The position numbers and the translations under genes are program-made. A stretch of 64,000 bases of DNA from an uncultured Candidatus Rokubacteria bacterium (GTDB lineage: Bacteria > Methylomirabilota > Methylomirabilia > Rokubacteriales > CSP1-6), in contig CAWIZN010000033.1 in assembly GCA_963840495.1 (NCBI GenBank), positions 12,049-76,048 on the forward strand. Direction: 5' to 3'. Every line of letters begins with the position of its first letter. Positions within the stretch are counted from its first letter, which is position 1. This document shows positions 8,017-19,511 of the stretch, piece by piece. A model generated the notes under the pieces. The model had not been told where the DNA came from. It did not search any database and saw nothing but the letters and a program-made list of their open reading frames with translations.

Positions 8017-9516
8017 TCAGCGCATCCGCCAGCTCTTGTCCACGTAGCGGCGGCCGTCGACGGTCGACACCTGCAGGGCGGCGCGATACGCGCCGGCGTC
8101 CACGGTGTGCGTGCGCGTGTCGGCCGCGACCTGCTCGGCGTCGGGCCCGCCCGCGAGCGCCTCGACCAGGACGCGGCCGTCCATCCCCTGGCCCTCGTCG
8201 ATGCCGAGCACGGCGAGGACGGTCGGCGCCACATCCACGTTGCCGGCCGGCGCCGTCACCGTCGCGCCCTTCTTGAAGTCGACGCCCCAGGCCACGAGCG
8301 TATTGCGCACGTTCCACGGGCTCATGCCGCCGTGATCGCTGGCGAAGAGGGTCGCGCCGCCGCTGACGCAGGCGAGATCGGTCCCCGGCACGCCGAACGC
8401 GTTCGCCTCCGAGGTCCACGGAAACGTCACCAGCAGATCGGGCCCGCGCTCGGCGTTCGCCACGTGGATCACGTCCAGCGAGAACGTGCCGTCGACGGCG
8501 CCGCGCGGGTCGCCCGCCTCCCGGCCGGCGGTGAAGAGCACGCCTCCCCAGTCGCGCGACTGGACGAAGCGCGCGATGCGCGCGATCCGTTCGCGGTTCC
8601 GCCCCGCCACGTGCAGCGCGACCGCCTGCCCGCTGCTCGCCAGGACCACGTCGGCGGAGTCCGCGCTCGCCTTGAGCCCCGCGTCGATCAGCTCGCGCGC
8701 GACGTCGACACCGGCCGTATTGGTGGTGAAGCCGTGGTCCGACGCGACGAAGACGTCGGTCGACCCGGCCAGGCCGAGGCCGTCGAGGGCGGCCAGCACC
8801 TGCGCGATCTCGCGGTCGGCGTGCCGGAGCGCCTCGCGCGCGGCCGGCGACCCCACGCCCAGGGTGTGCTGCGTGTGGTCGGGCTCGGTGACCCAGTTGA
8901 TCACGACGGCCGGGGCCAGCTCCGGCAGCACGTACTCGCGCAGCACCCGCTGGGTCCACGTCACCGCCGCGTCGTAGCGCTCCGCCCCGCGGCCCTTCGG
9001 CGGCGCGGCCCCGAACTTGGCGAGGATCGCCGCGCTCACGTCGTCCGGCCACGCCACGCGCTGGCCCGGATCGAGGTAGCCGTTGACGAGCACCCCGACC
9101 CCCGCCGGCGCCCTGGGGTTCGTCAGCAAGGCGCTGCCCGTCGAGCCCGAGCTGACCGCGGCCAGACGGAGCCCGCGCGCCTCGAGCCGCTCCGCCAGCG
9201 TGCGAGTGAGGACGAGGCGCCCGCCCGTGGCGCGGTCGACCTCGAGCAGGCGGCGGTAGGCGGCCGTATCGAGCGCGCGCGCCGGATCGACATCCGGGAC
9301 GAAGATCTGGTTTCCGGCGATCCCGTGCGTCCCCGGCTGTGTCCCGGTGGCGAGCGTGGCCGCGTTCACGCGGGTGACGGTGGGGAACACGGCGTGGCTG
9401 TTCGCGAAGTCCACGCCCTCGACGCGCAGCCGGTGCAGGGTCGGGGTGTCGGCAGGGGTGATCGCATCGGGCCTGAGCCCATCGACCACGAAGACGATGA
9501 CGAGACGCGCGCTCAC
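8017..9516 (-). CDS. Alkaline-phosphatase-superfamily nucleotide pyrophosphatase/phosphodiesterase (NPP). Start set at GTG 9516; alternative ATG at 9582.
   Basis: [13 protein letters not shown] metal-binding motif at the N-terminus, THGIAG.., SDHG.. motifs. No signal peptide, so the GTG just before the VDG motif is preferred. ORF 8017..9780 overall. Confidence 0.6.
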   Translation of the reverse strand: MSARLVIVFVVDGLRPDAITPADTPTLHRLRVEGVDFANSHAVFPTVTRVNAATLATGTQPGTHGIAGNQIFVPDVDPARALDTAAYRRLLEVDRATGGRLVLTRTLAERLEARGLRLAAVSSGSTGSALLTNPRAPAGVGVLVNGYLDPGQRVAWPDDVSAAILAKFGAAPPKGRGAERYDAAVTWTQRVLREYVLPELAPAVVINWVTEPDHTQHTLGVGSPAAREALRHADREIAQVLAALDGLGLAGSTDVFVASDHGFTTNTAGVDVARELIDAGLKASADSADVVLASSGQAVALHVAGRNRERIARIARFVQSRDWGGVLFTAGREAGDPRGAVDGTFSLDVIHVANAERGPDLLVTFPWTSEANAFGVPGTDLACVSGGATLFASDHGGMSPWNVRNTLVAWGVDFKKGATVTAPAGNVDVAPTVLAVLGIDEGQGMDGRVLVEALAGGPDAEQVAADTRTHTVDAGAYRAALQVSTVDGRRYVDKSWRMR

Positions 9517-9559
9517 CGGCGCCCCGCTTGCCCGGCCCGTGGCGCGCGGCTGCGCTAAG

Positions 9560-10883
9560 TTGGCGCGTGAGGACACTCCCATAGAGCATCTCGATCTCGC
9601 ACCGATTGCCCACCTGTCCGGCACGGTTCGCCTTCCGGGCTCGAAGAGCATCTCGAACCGAGTGCTCCTCCTCGCGGCGCTCGCGCACGGGGACACGCTG
9701 GTGCGCCATCTGCTCGACTCCGACGACACCGGCCACATGCTCACGGCCCTGGCGAAGCTGGGCGTATCCTGCGCGCCCATGGAAAGCCGAGACTACCGCG
9801 TGGCCGGCGTCGGCGGGACGTTCCCGGTGAAATCCGCGGAGCTGTTCATCGGCAATGCGGGCACCGCGGTGCGGCCGCTCACCGCCGCGCTGGCGTTCTC
9901 CGGCGGCCGCTATCGCCTCTCCGGCGTGCCGCGCATGCACGAGCGGCCGATCCGCGACCTCGTCGACGCCCTGCGAGGCCTCGGGGCCGATATCGCGTAC
10001 CTCGGCAAGGACGGGTTCCCGCCGCTCGAGATCCGTCCCGGTGCGCTCAGGAGCCCCGTCGCGGCGCGCGTGCGCGGCGACGTGTCGAGCCAGTACGTCA
10101 CCGCGCTGCTCATGGCGCTGCCGCTGGTCGGCGGCGGCACGATCGCGATCGACGGCGATCTGGTGTCCAAGCCCTACGTCGAGATGACGCTCAACCTGAT
10201 GGCCCGCTTCGGCGTGCCCGCCACGCGCACGGGCTGGTCGAGCTTCGCGGTCCCCGCCGCGTCGTACCGCTCGCCGCACGAGATTCACGTCGAGGGGGAC
10301 GCCTCGTCGGCCTCGTACTTTCTCGCCGCCGGCGCGATCAGCGGGACCCGAACGGGCGGTGCGGTCCGCGTGGAGGGGGTCGGCCGCTCCAGCATCCAGG
10401 GCGACGTGCGGTTCACGGAGGTGCTCGAGCGCATGGGCGCCACGGTGCGCGCTCGGCGAGAGCTGGATCGAGGTGGGCGCACGGGCGGGCTCGACATTGA
10501 CCGCGCTCGACGCGGACCTCAATCACATTCCCGATGCCGCCATGACGGCCGCGATGCTCGCGCTCTTCGCCGATGGCACGAGCGTGCTGCGGAATATCGG
10601 CAACTGGCGCGTGAAAGAGACGGATCGCCTCGCCGCCATGGCCACGGAGCTCCGAAAGCTCGGCGCGACCGTCGAGGAGGGGACGGATCATCTCCGGGTG
10701 ACGCCGCCCACCGCCTTCCGGGCGGCCACCATCGACACCTACGACGACCACCGCATGGCCATGTGCTTCTCGCTCGCCGCGCTCGGCGGCGTCTCCGTGC
10801 GCATCAACGACCCCGCCTGCGTGCGCAAGACCTTTCCCGAGTACTTCAGCGAGTTCCTTCGGATGGCGGTGGGCGAGCGCTGA
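9560..10883 (+). CDS. aroA: 3-phosphoshikimate 1-carboxyvinyltransferase (EPSP synthase), interrupted by a +1 frameshift near 10447 in a GCGCGC run
   Basis: N-terminal ..[30 protein letters not shown].. (ORF 9347..10951 frame). The C-terminal ..[67 protein letters not shown] is in the ORF 10359..10883 frame. One extra base in acggtgcgcGctcggc restores [14 protein letters not shown]. Confidence 0.7.
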
Positions 10884-10932
10884 GCGCCGGGCCGCGCGCC
10901 GACCGAACCCGCCGGCGCGCGGCCCGCCTATC

Positions 10933-11610
10933 TCACCCGAGGTCGATGTAGACCTCGCCGCGCTCTTCCTTCAGGCGATAGGTCGTCACCCCGCAGGTGG
11001 CATCTCCCATCGGGGCCCCGGTGCGGAGGTCGAACTGCCACATGTGCTCGAGACAGGTCAGCGTCGCCCCGTCGTGGACACCCTCTTCGAGCGGTATCGC
11101 CTCGTGGGCGCAGAGCGCCTGGCACGCGAACACCTCGTTCCCGGCGCGGGCGACGACCACGCTGGTGCCGTCGACGGTGAACTGCTTCAGGCCGCCGTCG
11201 GGCACCTCGTCGAGGCGGCACACGCGCTTCCAGGCCGCCGGCGGCGGCGCGGCCGCAGCAGGGACGGCCGGGGCGGGCGCCTTGTCGACCTCGACCTTGT
11301 TCGCCCCGGGCTTGCCCGGCTCATAGCGGAGCCGCTCCACGGGCCGTCCGCCGAGGATGTGCGAGGTGAGGATCTCGTCCAGGTCGGACGCCTGCACCCC
11401 GGCATACCAGACGTTGTCGGGATAGATCACCAGCATCGGGCCGTGGCCGCACTGGGAGAAGCAGCCGGCCTTGTTGACGCGCACCTCGACCTGCTTGCCG
11501 GCCTTCTGAACGCCCGCCCGCAGGGTCTTCACATACCCCTCGACGTCGGCCTGCTCCGGGCAGGTATCACCGCTCGTGCACACGAAGACGTGACACTCGT
11601 ACTGGCCCAT
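10933..11610 (-). CDS. Fusion ferredoxin: N-terminal thioredoxin-like [2Fe-2S] ferredoxin domain plus C-terminal Rieske [2Fe-2S] domain
   Basis: N-terminal CTSGDTC...CFSQC (thioredoxin-like ferredoxin pattern, vicinity ..[12 protein letters not shown]..). C-terminal CQALCAHE...CLEHMW (CxH...CxxH Rieske motif). 225 aa. Confidence 0.6.
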   Translation of the reverse strand: MGQYECHVFVCTSGDTCPEQADVEGYVKTLRAGVQKAGKQVEVRVNKAGCFSQCGHGPMLVIYPDNVWYAGVQASDLDEILTSHILGGRPVERLRYEPGKPGANKVEVDKAPAPAVPAAAAPPPAAWKRVCRLDEVPDGGLKQFTVDGTSVVVARAGNEVFACQALCAHEAIPLEEGVHDGATLTCLEHMWQFDLRTGAPMGDATCGVTTYRLKEERGEVYIDLG

Positions 11611-11635
11611 GGTCGCTCCTCTCGGTCGATCTCGA

Positions 11636-12673
11636 TTAGCTGAACTTATCGTAGCGGATATCGTCGGGCTTCAGGCGCGCCTCGCGCAGCAAGAGCCGCA
11701 GGCTCGCGTCGACCATCGGCGGCGGGCCGGCGACGTAGGCGCGAACGTCGGCGAAGCGTCCCTTCATGCGCTCGCCCGCCGCCGCGTGGACGAAGCCCCG
11801 GGCGAAGCCGAAGCTCGGATACGCGGCGGTGAGCGATGGCGGCACGTCCTCGTCGGACAGCGCCACCGTGACGGACAGCCGCGCGGAATGCCGGGCGCGG
11901 AGCGCCTCGAGCTCGTCCAGGAAAAAGCAGTCCCGCTCGGTGCGCACGCCGAAGAAGACGTGCCCGTCCCACGCCGAGAAGTGCTCCTCCCGGCCGGCGC
12001 GCGAGAGGATCGACATCATCCCCGCGATGCCGCTGCCACCGGCGATGCAGAGGAGGTGCTTGCCGAGGCCGGGGCGGAACGTGGCGTGGCCCAGCGGCCC
12101 GAAGACCCCGAGGCGGATGCCCGCGACGGCGTCACGGAAGAGCCACTCGCTCACCGCCCCGTCCGGCTTCTTCTTCACCACGAACGACAGGCACTCCGCG
12201 CGCCGATCGAAGTTGACCATGGAATAGGCGCGGGCCCCCGCGATGCCGGGCACGGTGAGCAGCGCGAACTGCCCCGCCTCGAAGTCGAGCGGCTCGTCGA
12301 GGCGGACGTCGAAGGCCACCACGTCGTGGGTCAGCCGCCGGTACGCCTCGATCACGCCACCGAGCGCCCGGGGCGCGGCCGTCTCCGCCTCGCCCGGCTT
12401 CAAGACACCCACCTCGAGCCGGCAGTCCTCGTGCGCCACGCTCTGGCACGTGAGGATCTCGGCGGCGCTCTTCAGGTGCCGGTGGCCGGGCGCGTCGGGC
12501 CAGTGGCTCTCGTGGCGCCCGCTCACGAGCGTGGCCTTGCAGGTGCCGCACGTGCCGGTCGCGCACTCGTAGGGCAGCTCGACGCCACTCCGGAGCGCGG
12601 CGTGCAGGATCTTCTCCCCGGCGGCGCACTCGAAGTCCCACGAGCCATTGCGGGCGCTGACCGCGATCTTCAT
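11636..12673 (-). CDS. Ferredoxin-NAD(P)+ reductase component with N-terminal plant-type [2Fe-2S] domain (BenC/XylZ-like oxygenase reductase)
   Basis: N-terminal CATGTCGTC...C ferredoxin motif, followed by FAD-binding (RAYSMVN) and NAD-binding (GGSGIAG) signatures. 345 aa. Confidence 0.65.
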   Translation of the reverse strand: MKIAVSARNGSWDFECAAGEKILHAALRSGVELPYECATGTCGTCKATLVSGRHESHWPDAPGHRHLKSAAEILTCQSVAHEDCRLEVGVLKPGEAETAAPRALGGVIEAYRRLTHDVVAFDVRLDEPLDFEAGQFALLTVPGIAGARAYSMVNFDRRAECLSFVVKKKPDGAVSEWLFRDAVAGIRLGVFGPLGHATFRPGLGKHLLCIAGGSGIAGMMSILSRAGREEHFSAWDGHVFFGVRTERDCFFLDELEALRARHSARLSVTVALSDEDVPPSLTAAYPSFGFARGFVHAAAGERMKGRFADVRAYVAGPPPMVDASLRLLLREARLKPDDIRYDKFS

Positions 12674-12805
12674 CCGTACAGTTATATACCAGCTTCGCGG
12701 GGCGGAGGCGGCGGCGAGTCCGGGCTCGCCCGGGGGCGGCGAAATCCGTGCACGACCGGGGGCCGCCGGGGTATAGATACGTCACCGGCAAGGAGGAGCC
12801 ATCCG

Positions 12806-13837
12806 ATGAACATCTTCAAGAGCATGGCGGTGAAGGATCTCGAGGAAGCCACGCGGGCCATCCCGGTCATCGACTTCGGACCGGCGTTCCGGGGGGACCC
12901 CGGCGGGCTCGAGGCCGTGGCCGGACAGGTGCGGCGCGCGAGCGAGCAGGTGGGCTTCTTCTACCTCGCCGGCCACGGGGTGCCGCAGGAGATCGTCGAC
13001 GCGGCCTTCCAGGCCTCGCGCGAGTTCCACGCCATGCCGATGGACGAAAAGCGGCGCCTCCCGATAAACGAGAACAATATCGGCTACCTCGCGCCGAACG
13101 AGAGCATCCAGGGCGCCTCCACCGTGCACAAGGCCACCCGCCCGAATCTCAACGAGAGCTTCTTCATCAGCCACGACCGCGGCGCCGCCCATCCCGACGT
13201 GGTCGCGGGCCTGCCGCTGCGCGGCCGCAACCAGTGGCCGGACGGGCATGACGGGATGCGCACCGCCATGATGCGGTACTTCACGACGCTCGAGGCCGTC
13301 GGCCAGCGCATGCTGCCCGTGCTGGCCCGCGCGCTCGAGATGCCCGCGGATGCCTTCGCGCCGTTCTTCACCGACGAGGCCCACGTCAACCTGCGCTTCC
13401 TCCACTACCCGCCGCAGGAGACCGACGACGACGAGCAGTTCGGCCAGGGCCCGCACACGGACAACTCGTTCATCACCATCCTGGCGCGGGAGGACGTGCC
13501 CGGGCTCGCCGTCCGGCTGCCGAGCGGCGAGTGGCTGGCGCCGCCGGTCATCGAGGGGACCTTCCTCGTCAACCTGGGCAATATGATGAAGCGGTGGTCG
13601 AACGACCGCTTCCTCTCGACCCCGCACGGCGTGCTGAACGACACGGGGACGGACCGCTACTCGATCGCCTTCTTCTACAGCCCCAATGTCGACAGCGTCA
13701 TCGAGTGCATGCCGAGCTGCGTCGGCCCCGACAATCCGCCGCGCTACGAGCCGGCCGTCTACCGCGACCTCGTCCTGGCGTTCTACAACGCCAACTACTT
13801 CCACCGGTCGGGATACGGCAAGGCCGCGGCGCTCTGA
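12806..13837 (+). CDS. 2-oxoglutarate/Fe(II)-dependent oxygenase (isopenicillin-N-synthase-like)
   Basis: ATG 12806 after AGGAGG. HxD...H facial triad (HTDNSF .. H..) and RxS motif (DRYSIAFF). 343 aa. The long upstream part of ORF 11609..13837 is rejected. Confidence 0.65.
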   Translation: MNIFKSMAVKDLEEATRAIPVIDFGPAFRGDPGGLEAVAGQVRRASEQVGFFYLAGHGVPQEIVDAAFQASREFHAMPMDEKRRLPINENNIGYLAPNESIQGASTVHKATRPNLNESFFISHDRGAAHPDVVAGLPLRGRNQWPDGHDGMRTAMMRYFTTLEAVGQRMLPVLARALEMPADAFAPFFTDEAHVNLRFLHYPPQETDDDEQFGQGPHTDNSFITILAREDVPGLAVRLPSGEWLAPPVIEGTFLVNLGNMMKRWSNDRFLSTPHGVLNDTGTDRYSIAFFYSPNVDSVIECMPSCVGPDNPPRYEPAVYRDLVLAFYNANYFHRSGYGKAAAL

Positions 13838-13928
13838 CTCGGCGCGCCGTCAGCCCAGATCGCAACTGATTCGATCCGGCTCCCTTCGAGGACACCATGC
13901 CGCCCAGCAGGTCCCCGATCGGGTCCTG

Positions 13929-16734
13929 CTACGTCACCAGCCGGAGGCCCTCGGGCAGGCTCTCGCCGAACGCGCGCACGCGCTCGACCTCGGAGGGCGG
14001 CCGGACCTCGATGAGTCGGATGGGCGGCTCGGGCAAGACCCCGGACGCCACCACTCGGTCGTAGACCTCGCGACCGAGGTCTTCGTCGACGTCCAGGGCC
14101 GGGTCGCCGGTGCGCGCGGCGATCTGCACGGCCGTTGCCGCGATGTCCGGGGACAGCGGGCCGAGATCGAGCAATGCGCGCACCCACTGCCCGGCCGTCT
14201 GCGCGTCCACGACGGTATTGAGCGGCCCGTACAGCGGCAGGCGGGCGCCCGTTCGCCCGAGCGCCCACAGCAAGCTGCCGTTGCGCGGCTCCCGCTTCAG
14301 CCGAGCCAGCAGCTCCGCGCCGAGCGCTCGCCGATGCGCCGCGGGCAGATCCTCCAGGCTCGCGAGCAGGCGCAGCGCTTCGCGCTCGACCTGGGGCGGC
14401 AGGCGCTTCGGTCGCTTGCCCGCCGCGGCCACGACAACGGGCGCCTGGCGATCGTAGATCTCGTGCTGCTGCCCGGGCGTGAGTCCGCCGGCGATGCGCT
14501 GCCACAGGACCAGCCACTCCGCCTGACACTGGACGTCTGCGGCAAACGCGGGCCCGGCGAGATACAGCCGGCGCGCATGCGTCATCCGCCAGTCGTCGAG
14601 CGTGGCGCCGAAGCCCGGGCGCAGGCAGTAGCCGAGGAGGTTCAGCCAGCGGGCCTCGTGCCGGGGCGATCGCCGCCGGCCATCCGGCACCTCGAGCAGG
14701 GCGTCGGCGATGGGCCGCAGCGCGCCGAGCGGCCAGGCCTGCCTGGCGAACCCGAGACGCTCCTCGAGGTGGGCCATGAGGGTATCCGGCGTGGCCGCGG
14801 CATTGGTGCTCCCGCCGAACAGCGCCTTCACGAGGGCGACCGCGCCGGCGACCGCGCCGGGATCGATCACCGCGGAGGTCGGCTCGGGCTCCTCTCCGCC
14901 GCGCCCGCGGCCCGCGCCCGCCGCCCGAAGCTGGAACTGCAGGCGCCAGCGGTGTCCGGTCGCGGGGGCGATGATCCACAGCTCGAGCGTGCCGAGCTCG
15001 GTGTAGACCACCTCGAGCACGACGCGGACGTCGGCGTGCCGGGAGCGCTGGCCGAAGCGCAGCTCGGTCACGAGCGGCGCGTGCCGGTGCGCGGAAGGAT
15101 CCGCGGTGGAGACGTCGCCGAACTCGGCGTGGCTCGTCAGGCTGGACACGAGGGTGAACGACAGCGGGCGGTTGGCCCTCACCACGAACTCCCGCGTCTC
15201 GAGCCGTCGCGTGGTGCCCTCCGGCGTGCCGCGCGGCAGCACGCAGACGACCTGTCGCTCGCCGTCACCCGCCCCGCCGCCGAGCGACAGAAAGCACGCG
15301 CGGGGAGTGCCGCCGCCGATGCGCAGCCCGAGGCCTCGCCGCACCAGGCCGGAGTACGCCGCGCCCTCGGCCACCGCCACCGCCGGCGCCGCGTTCGCGA
15401 GCACGCGCAGGGGCCACGGGCGGCCGTCGGCCTCGGCGAACCAGCCGGACACGACCTGGGCGAGACGCGTCTGCGTCTCTTCCGGCGTGAAGAAGCCCCC
15501 GTTGAGCAGCAGCACATCCGGGCGCACCGCGCCTCGATCGCCGGCCGCGGACAGGAACCTGGCGAGATGCCGGGTGATCGCCGGGTCGGCCGCGAACGGC
15601 AGACCGAGCTCTCGGAGCCCGCTCCGCCGCCCCGCGTCCGGCTCGGCGTCGATGGCGCAGGCCGGCAGGAAGCCGTCGAGCAGGAGCCGCACGACGTCCT
15701 CGCGCGCGAGGTCCACGGACAGGGCGCCGCCGACGACGGCGCCGCCGCTTCCGAGGAGCGACACCGTCGCCCGATCCACCGGCGGGGGCCCGAGCAGGCG
15801 CTCCTTCACCGCCGCGCACTGACGCCGGAGCGCCTGCTGCTGGCGCAGCGTCAGCCGCGCCTGGCCGAGCCGCTCCTGCACCAGCGCGGTCAGCGCGAGA
15901 TCGACGTTGTCGCCGCCCAGCAGCAGGTGCTCGCCGACCGCGATGCGCTCGAGCACCGGGCCGTCCGCCTCGGTGCGCACCGATACCAGGGTGAAGTCGG
16001 TGGTGCCGCCGCCGACGTCGCAGATCAGCACGCGGTCGCCGTCGCGGAGCGACGCGGCGAGCGACCCGCGGTTGGCCGCGATCCAGGCGTAGAGCGCGGC
16101 CGTCGGCTCCTCGACCATGGTCAGCTGCTCGATGCCGGCCGCCCGCGCCGCCTCGATCGTCAGCTCGCGGGCTTCCTCGTCGAACGATGCGGGCACCGTG
16201 AGCGTGACGGCCTGCCGCTCGAACGCCAGCGGCCCGGCAGCGACGCGGTGGTTCCAGGCGTCGCGCACGTGCCGGAGCACGGCGGCCGAGGCATCGACCG
16301 GCGACAGCGCGAAGCCGCCCGCCTCGCCTCCCCAGGGCAACACGCGGTGCGCGCCGATCGACGGCGTCGCTGCACAGCCACGACTTCGCCGATGACACGA
16401 GGCGGCCCGGCACGAGCGCCCCGTGGTCGCGCGCCCAGGCGCCGACGACGTGGGATGGGTGCTCCGCCCACGGCAGGTCGAACCGGCCCGAATCGCGCTC
16501 CTCGGGGCGGAGCAGATAGAGAAAGGACGGCAGCGTCGCCATCGGCGCCACTTCGCCCTCGGCCACGAGCTGGGGGACCTCGAACACGCGGACGCGCGGC
16601 GTGCCCGCGTCGGTCAGCTCGCGCAGGTCAGCAAAGGCGACGGCCGAGTTGGTGGTGCCCAGGTCGATGCCGATGACGAAGCGCGGCGTGCCGGGCTCGC
16701 CCTCGGCCAGCGGATCCGACATGGCGCCGGGCAC
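13929..16734 (-). CDS. Atypical Hsp70-family protein (~935 aa; NBD plus long C-terminal helical extension), frameshifted near 16345-16380
   Basis: N-terminal ..FVIGIDLGTTNSAVAFA.. (ORF 15265..16734). It continues in another frame (ORF 13929..16343) with ..VLICDVGGGTTDFTLVSV..IAVGEHLLLGGDNVDLAL.. One base change in gatcggcgcgcaCcgcgtgttg restores the frame. Confidence 0.65.
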
Positions 16735-16803
16735 CGATCAGGGCGCGGTGGCCCGCCGCATGCGGCGCTCGCCGAGGTCCCTCACCGCGCCACCTCGATC
16801 CGC

Positions 16804-18654
16804 TCAGCCGCGCGCCGCGTCCCGCTGCCGGATGTTCCACTCGAGCTTCCAGCGATGCGAGTCGTCGCGCGCGACGAGCCACAGCTCGATCGTGCCCACC
16901 TCGGTCACGCGGCTCTCGAGCCTCACGGGCAAGACGGTGTGCTCGCGTCCCGGCAGGCGTCAGCGTGACCTCGAGCGGATGGAGCTCGTCGATCTCGGTG
17001 CCCCAGTCCTCCACGAGGGTGCCGACGGTGTCCTGCTTGCGGGCCGCCGATGACAGGAACCGGAACTCCGCCGCCTCGCCGACCACGAGGCCGAACTCGC
17101 GCCCGGAGATCGTCGGCCTCGGTCCCCTCCTCCATGCCGAACGGCACGACGCACAGCGCCTTGATCGGGGCCTCGAGACCGGGCACCGCGGGCATGGCGC
17201 TCTCGATGCCGATGTAGTACGTGCTCGGGGCGCCGCCGCGGATGCGCACGCCGCGCCCGCGGCGGGTCAGCCCGTAGTAGGCGGCGCCGCGCGCGACCGC
17301 GTGGTCGAGGTCGGGCGCCTCGAGCACGCCGGCCTCGCCGAGCGGCGGGAACCCGTCGGCGACCAGCCACGCGTCGAGCGCGCCGCGCACCCGATCGCGC
17401 AGCGACGCCGCCTTCATGACGCCGCCGTTGAAGAGCACGTGGGTCGGCGCGGCCAGCCCGCTCGCGCCGCGGCGCAGCCGGATGCCCTGCTCGACGCTGT
17501 CCGCGGCCAGGTCGGCGAGGAACCGGGCGAGGTGCTTGGTGATCGCGGCATCGGCGGCATAGGGCAGGCCCAGCTCCTGCAGGCCGACCCGGCGCGTCCG
17601 CTGGGGCCGCGCATCGGCGCCGACCATCGGGAAGAAGCCCTCGACCAGCGTGTCGACCAGCTCGTCGCGCGTGAGCTCGGTGGAGATCGAGCCGCCGACC
17701 AGGCGCGTGCCCCGGCCCAGCAAGGTGACGGGCTGGGCATCGACGCGAGCGTCCTCGAAGAGCCGCTCCTTGGCGACCCGGCACTGGTGCCAGAGCTGCT
17801 GGAGCTGCCACGAGTCGATGCGGTGGCCGGCGCCCTCGAGCTTCTGCTGCAGCCGTCGCGCGAGCGCCAGGTCCATGTTGTCGCCGCCCAGCAGGATGTG
17901 CTCGCCCACGGCGACGCGGCGCAGCGCGAGCGACGCCGTCCTCCTCGCCGACCGCGATGAGGCTGAAGTCGGTGGTGCCGCCGCCCACGTCGCACACCAG
18001 CACCAGGTCGCCCACCTTCACGCGCTCGCGCCAGGCGTCGCCCTGCGCGGCGAGCCATGCGTAGAACGCCGCCTGGGGCTCTTCGAGGAGGCGCACGCCC
18101 GGCAAGCCGGCCTCCGCCGCCGCCTGGAGCGTCAGCTCCCGCGCCTCCTCGTCGAACGAGGCGGGCACGGTCACGAGCACCTCCTGGTCGCCGAGCGCCG
18201 CGCCGTCGGCGCCGCGCGCGTGCTGCCACGCGCGCGCCAGGTGCGCCAGGTACCGCGCCGACGCGAACACGGGCGACACGCGGCGAACGTCCTCCGGCGC
18301 CTGCCACGGCAGGATGTCGGCGGTCCGGTCCACCCCCGCGTGCGAGAGCCACGACTTCGCCGACGCCACCAGGCGGGCCGGATTCTCGGCGCCGCGCTTG
18401 CGCGCGAGCTCGCCGATCACCGCGTCGGCCTCGCCCTCCCACGGCAGCGCGATCGCCCCGGGCGCGAAATCCGCCGGACCCGGCAGGAAGAGGAACGACG
18501 GCAGGAGCGTGGGCGCGGCGACCTCGCCGGGGTTGACGAGCTGCGCGATGCCCTGCACGGCCGGCGAGGCCTCGTCGCCCGCGCTCGTGTCGACGTCCGC
18601 GAGCGCGCAGTTCGTCGTGCCGAGGTCGATGCCGATGATGAACCGGGCGTCCAT
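16804..18654 (-). CDS. Hsp70-family protein, paralog #2 (~615 aa), with at least three single-base frameshifts
   Basis: ORF 16960..18654 N-terminal FIIGIDLGTTNCALA..VCDVGGGTTDFSLIAVGEEDG. It shifts into the ORF 16923..17909 frame (..VAVGEHILLGGDNMDLALA..) and shifts twice more near 17085 and 16960 before ending ..WKLEWNIRQRDAARG*. Confidence 0.6.
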
Positions 18655-18655
18655 G

Positions 18656-19224
18656 TCAGCTGATTTCCACCTCGGCCGGCGTCACGACCTGCCGCGCAGC
18701 CGAGGCGGCCAGCGGCGGCAGGGCCGGCCGGCCGACGCGCCAGCCGCGGTGGCGCACGGTGCCGAGGTAGCTCGCCTGCTGGCCCACGTTGCCGACGAGC
18801 TTGACCGTGAAGGGGTCCACGGGGGCGCCCAGCGCGATGGTCTGGCCTTCCAGGTCGGCGAGAATCGGCTCGATGGGCAGGTAGCGATCGATCACCCGGC
18901 GGCAGCTCGCGTGCACCTCGCGCACCGCGGCGCCGACCTGCGCGTCGCTGTACGCGGCGACGTCCTCGAACAGGAAGTCGACCAGGCGGCCGTCGCGCTG
19001 GAGCAGGGCGAGCAATTGAATCGCGCGGTCACCCGGATCGTCCGCTCCGCCGCCGCGGGCGGGCCCGCGGTCGCCACGGCCGCGGCCGGGCGCGCCGCCC
19101 CCCGGGCGACGCGGATGGCGCGACCACCTCGACGATATCCGCCGGCACGATGCCCTTGAACAGCAGGGCGAAGAAGCACCTGAACGCGAACGCCACACGT
19201 CGACCGAAGCTCATCGCCGCCATG
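18656..19224 (-). CDS. DUF2760-like protein, third gene of the Hsp70 module; frameshifted in a C6/G-rich run ~19090
   Basis: N-terminal hydrophobic segment MSFGRRVAFAFRCFFALLFKGIV.. (ORF 19029..19328 frame). It joins ..LLQRDGRLVDFLFEDVAAYSDAQVGAAVREVHASCRRVIDRYLPIEPIL.. (ORF 18656..19198 frame). Confidence 0.5.
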
Positions 19225-19511
19225 GACCCCCCGAGGGAGCGCGTACGGGCAATCGGAAAGCCGCCCGTCGGGCTCGAGCGAACCACCCACGTTACCCCGC
19301 TCCACCTCTCGTGGGCAAGCATCCGCATGTATGCCGGTCTCCGTTGGTCGCCGGCGAAGCACTGGTGGACGCGTGCTCGACCGCCTTCGCGATCATCGGT
19401 CGAACGCTGCGCGCCGGCTGAGCAACTCGATGAGCCCGCGCGGGCCGAGCGCTTCCTGGGCGTCGCGACTATACTACTGGCGGCTCAGCATCCAACCTTC
19501 AGGAGGAGATC

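Noticed and set aside
7943-10522. 859-aa minus-strand ORF and other very long Arg/Gly/Ala-rich ORFs (2369..4045 minus, 13686..16676 plus, 47832..50822 minus, 40911..42737 minus)
   Set aside because: They have low-complexity R/G/A/P composition and are antisense to well-supported genes (NPP, aroA, Hsp70, CoA ligase, nudC). This is typical of spurious ORFs in ~70% GC DNA.
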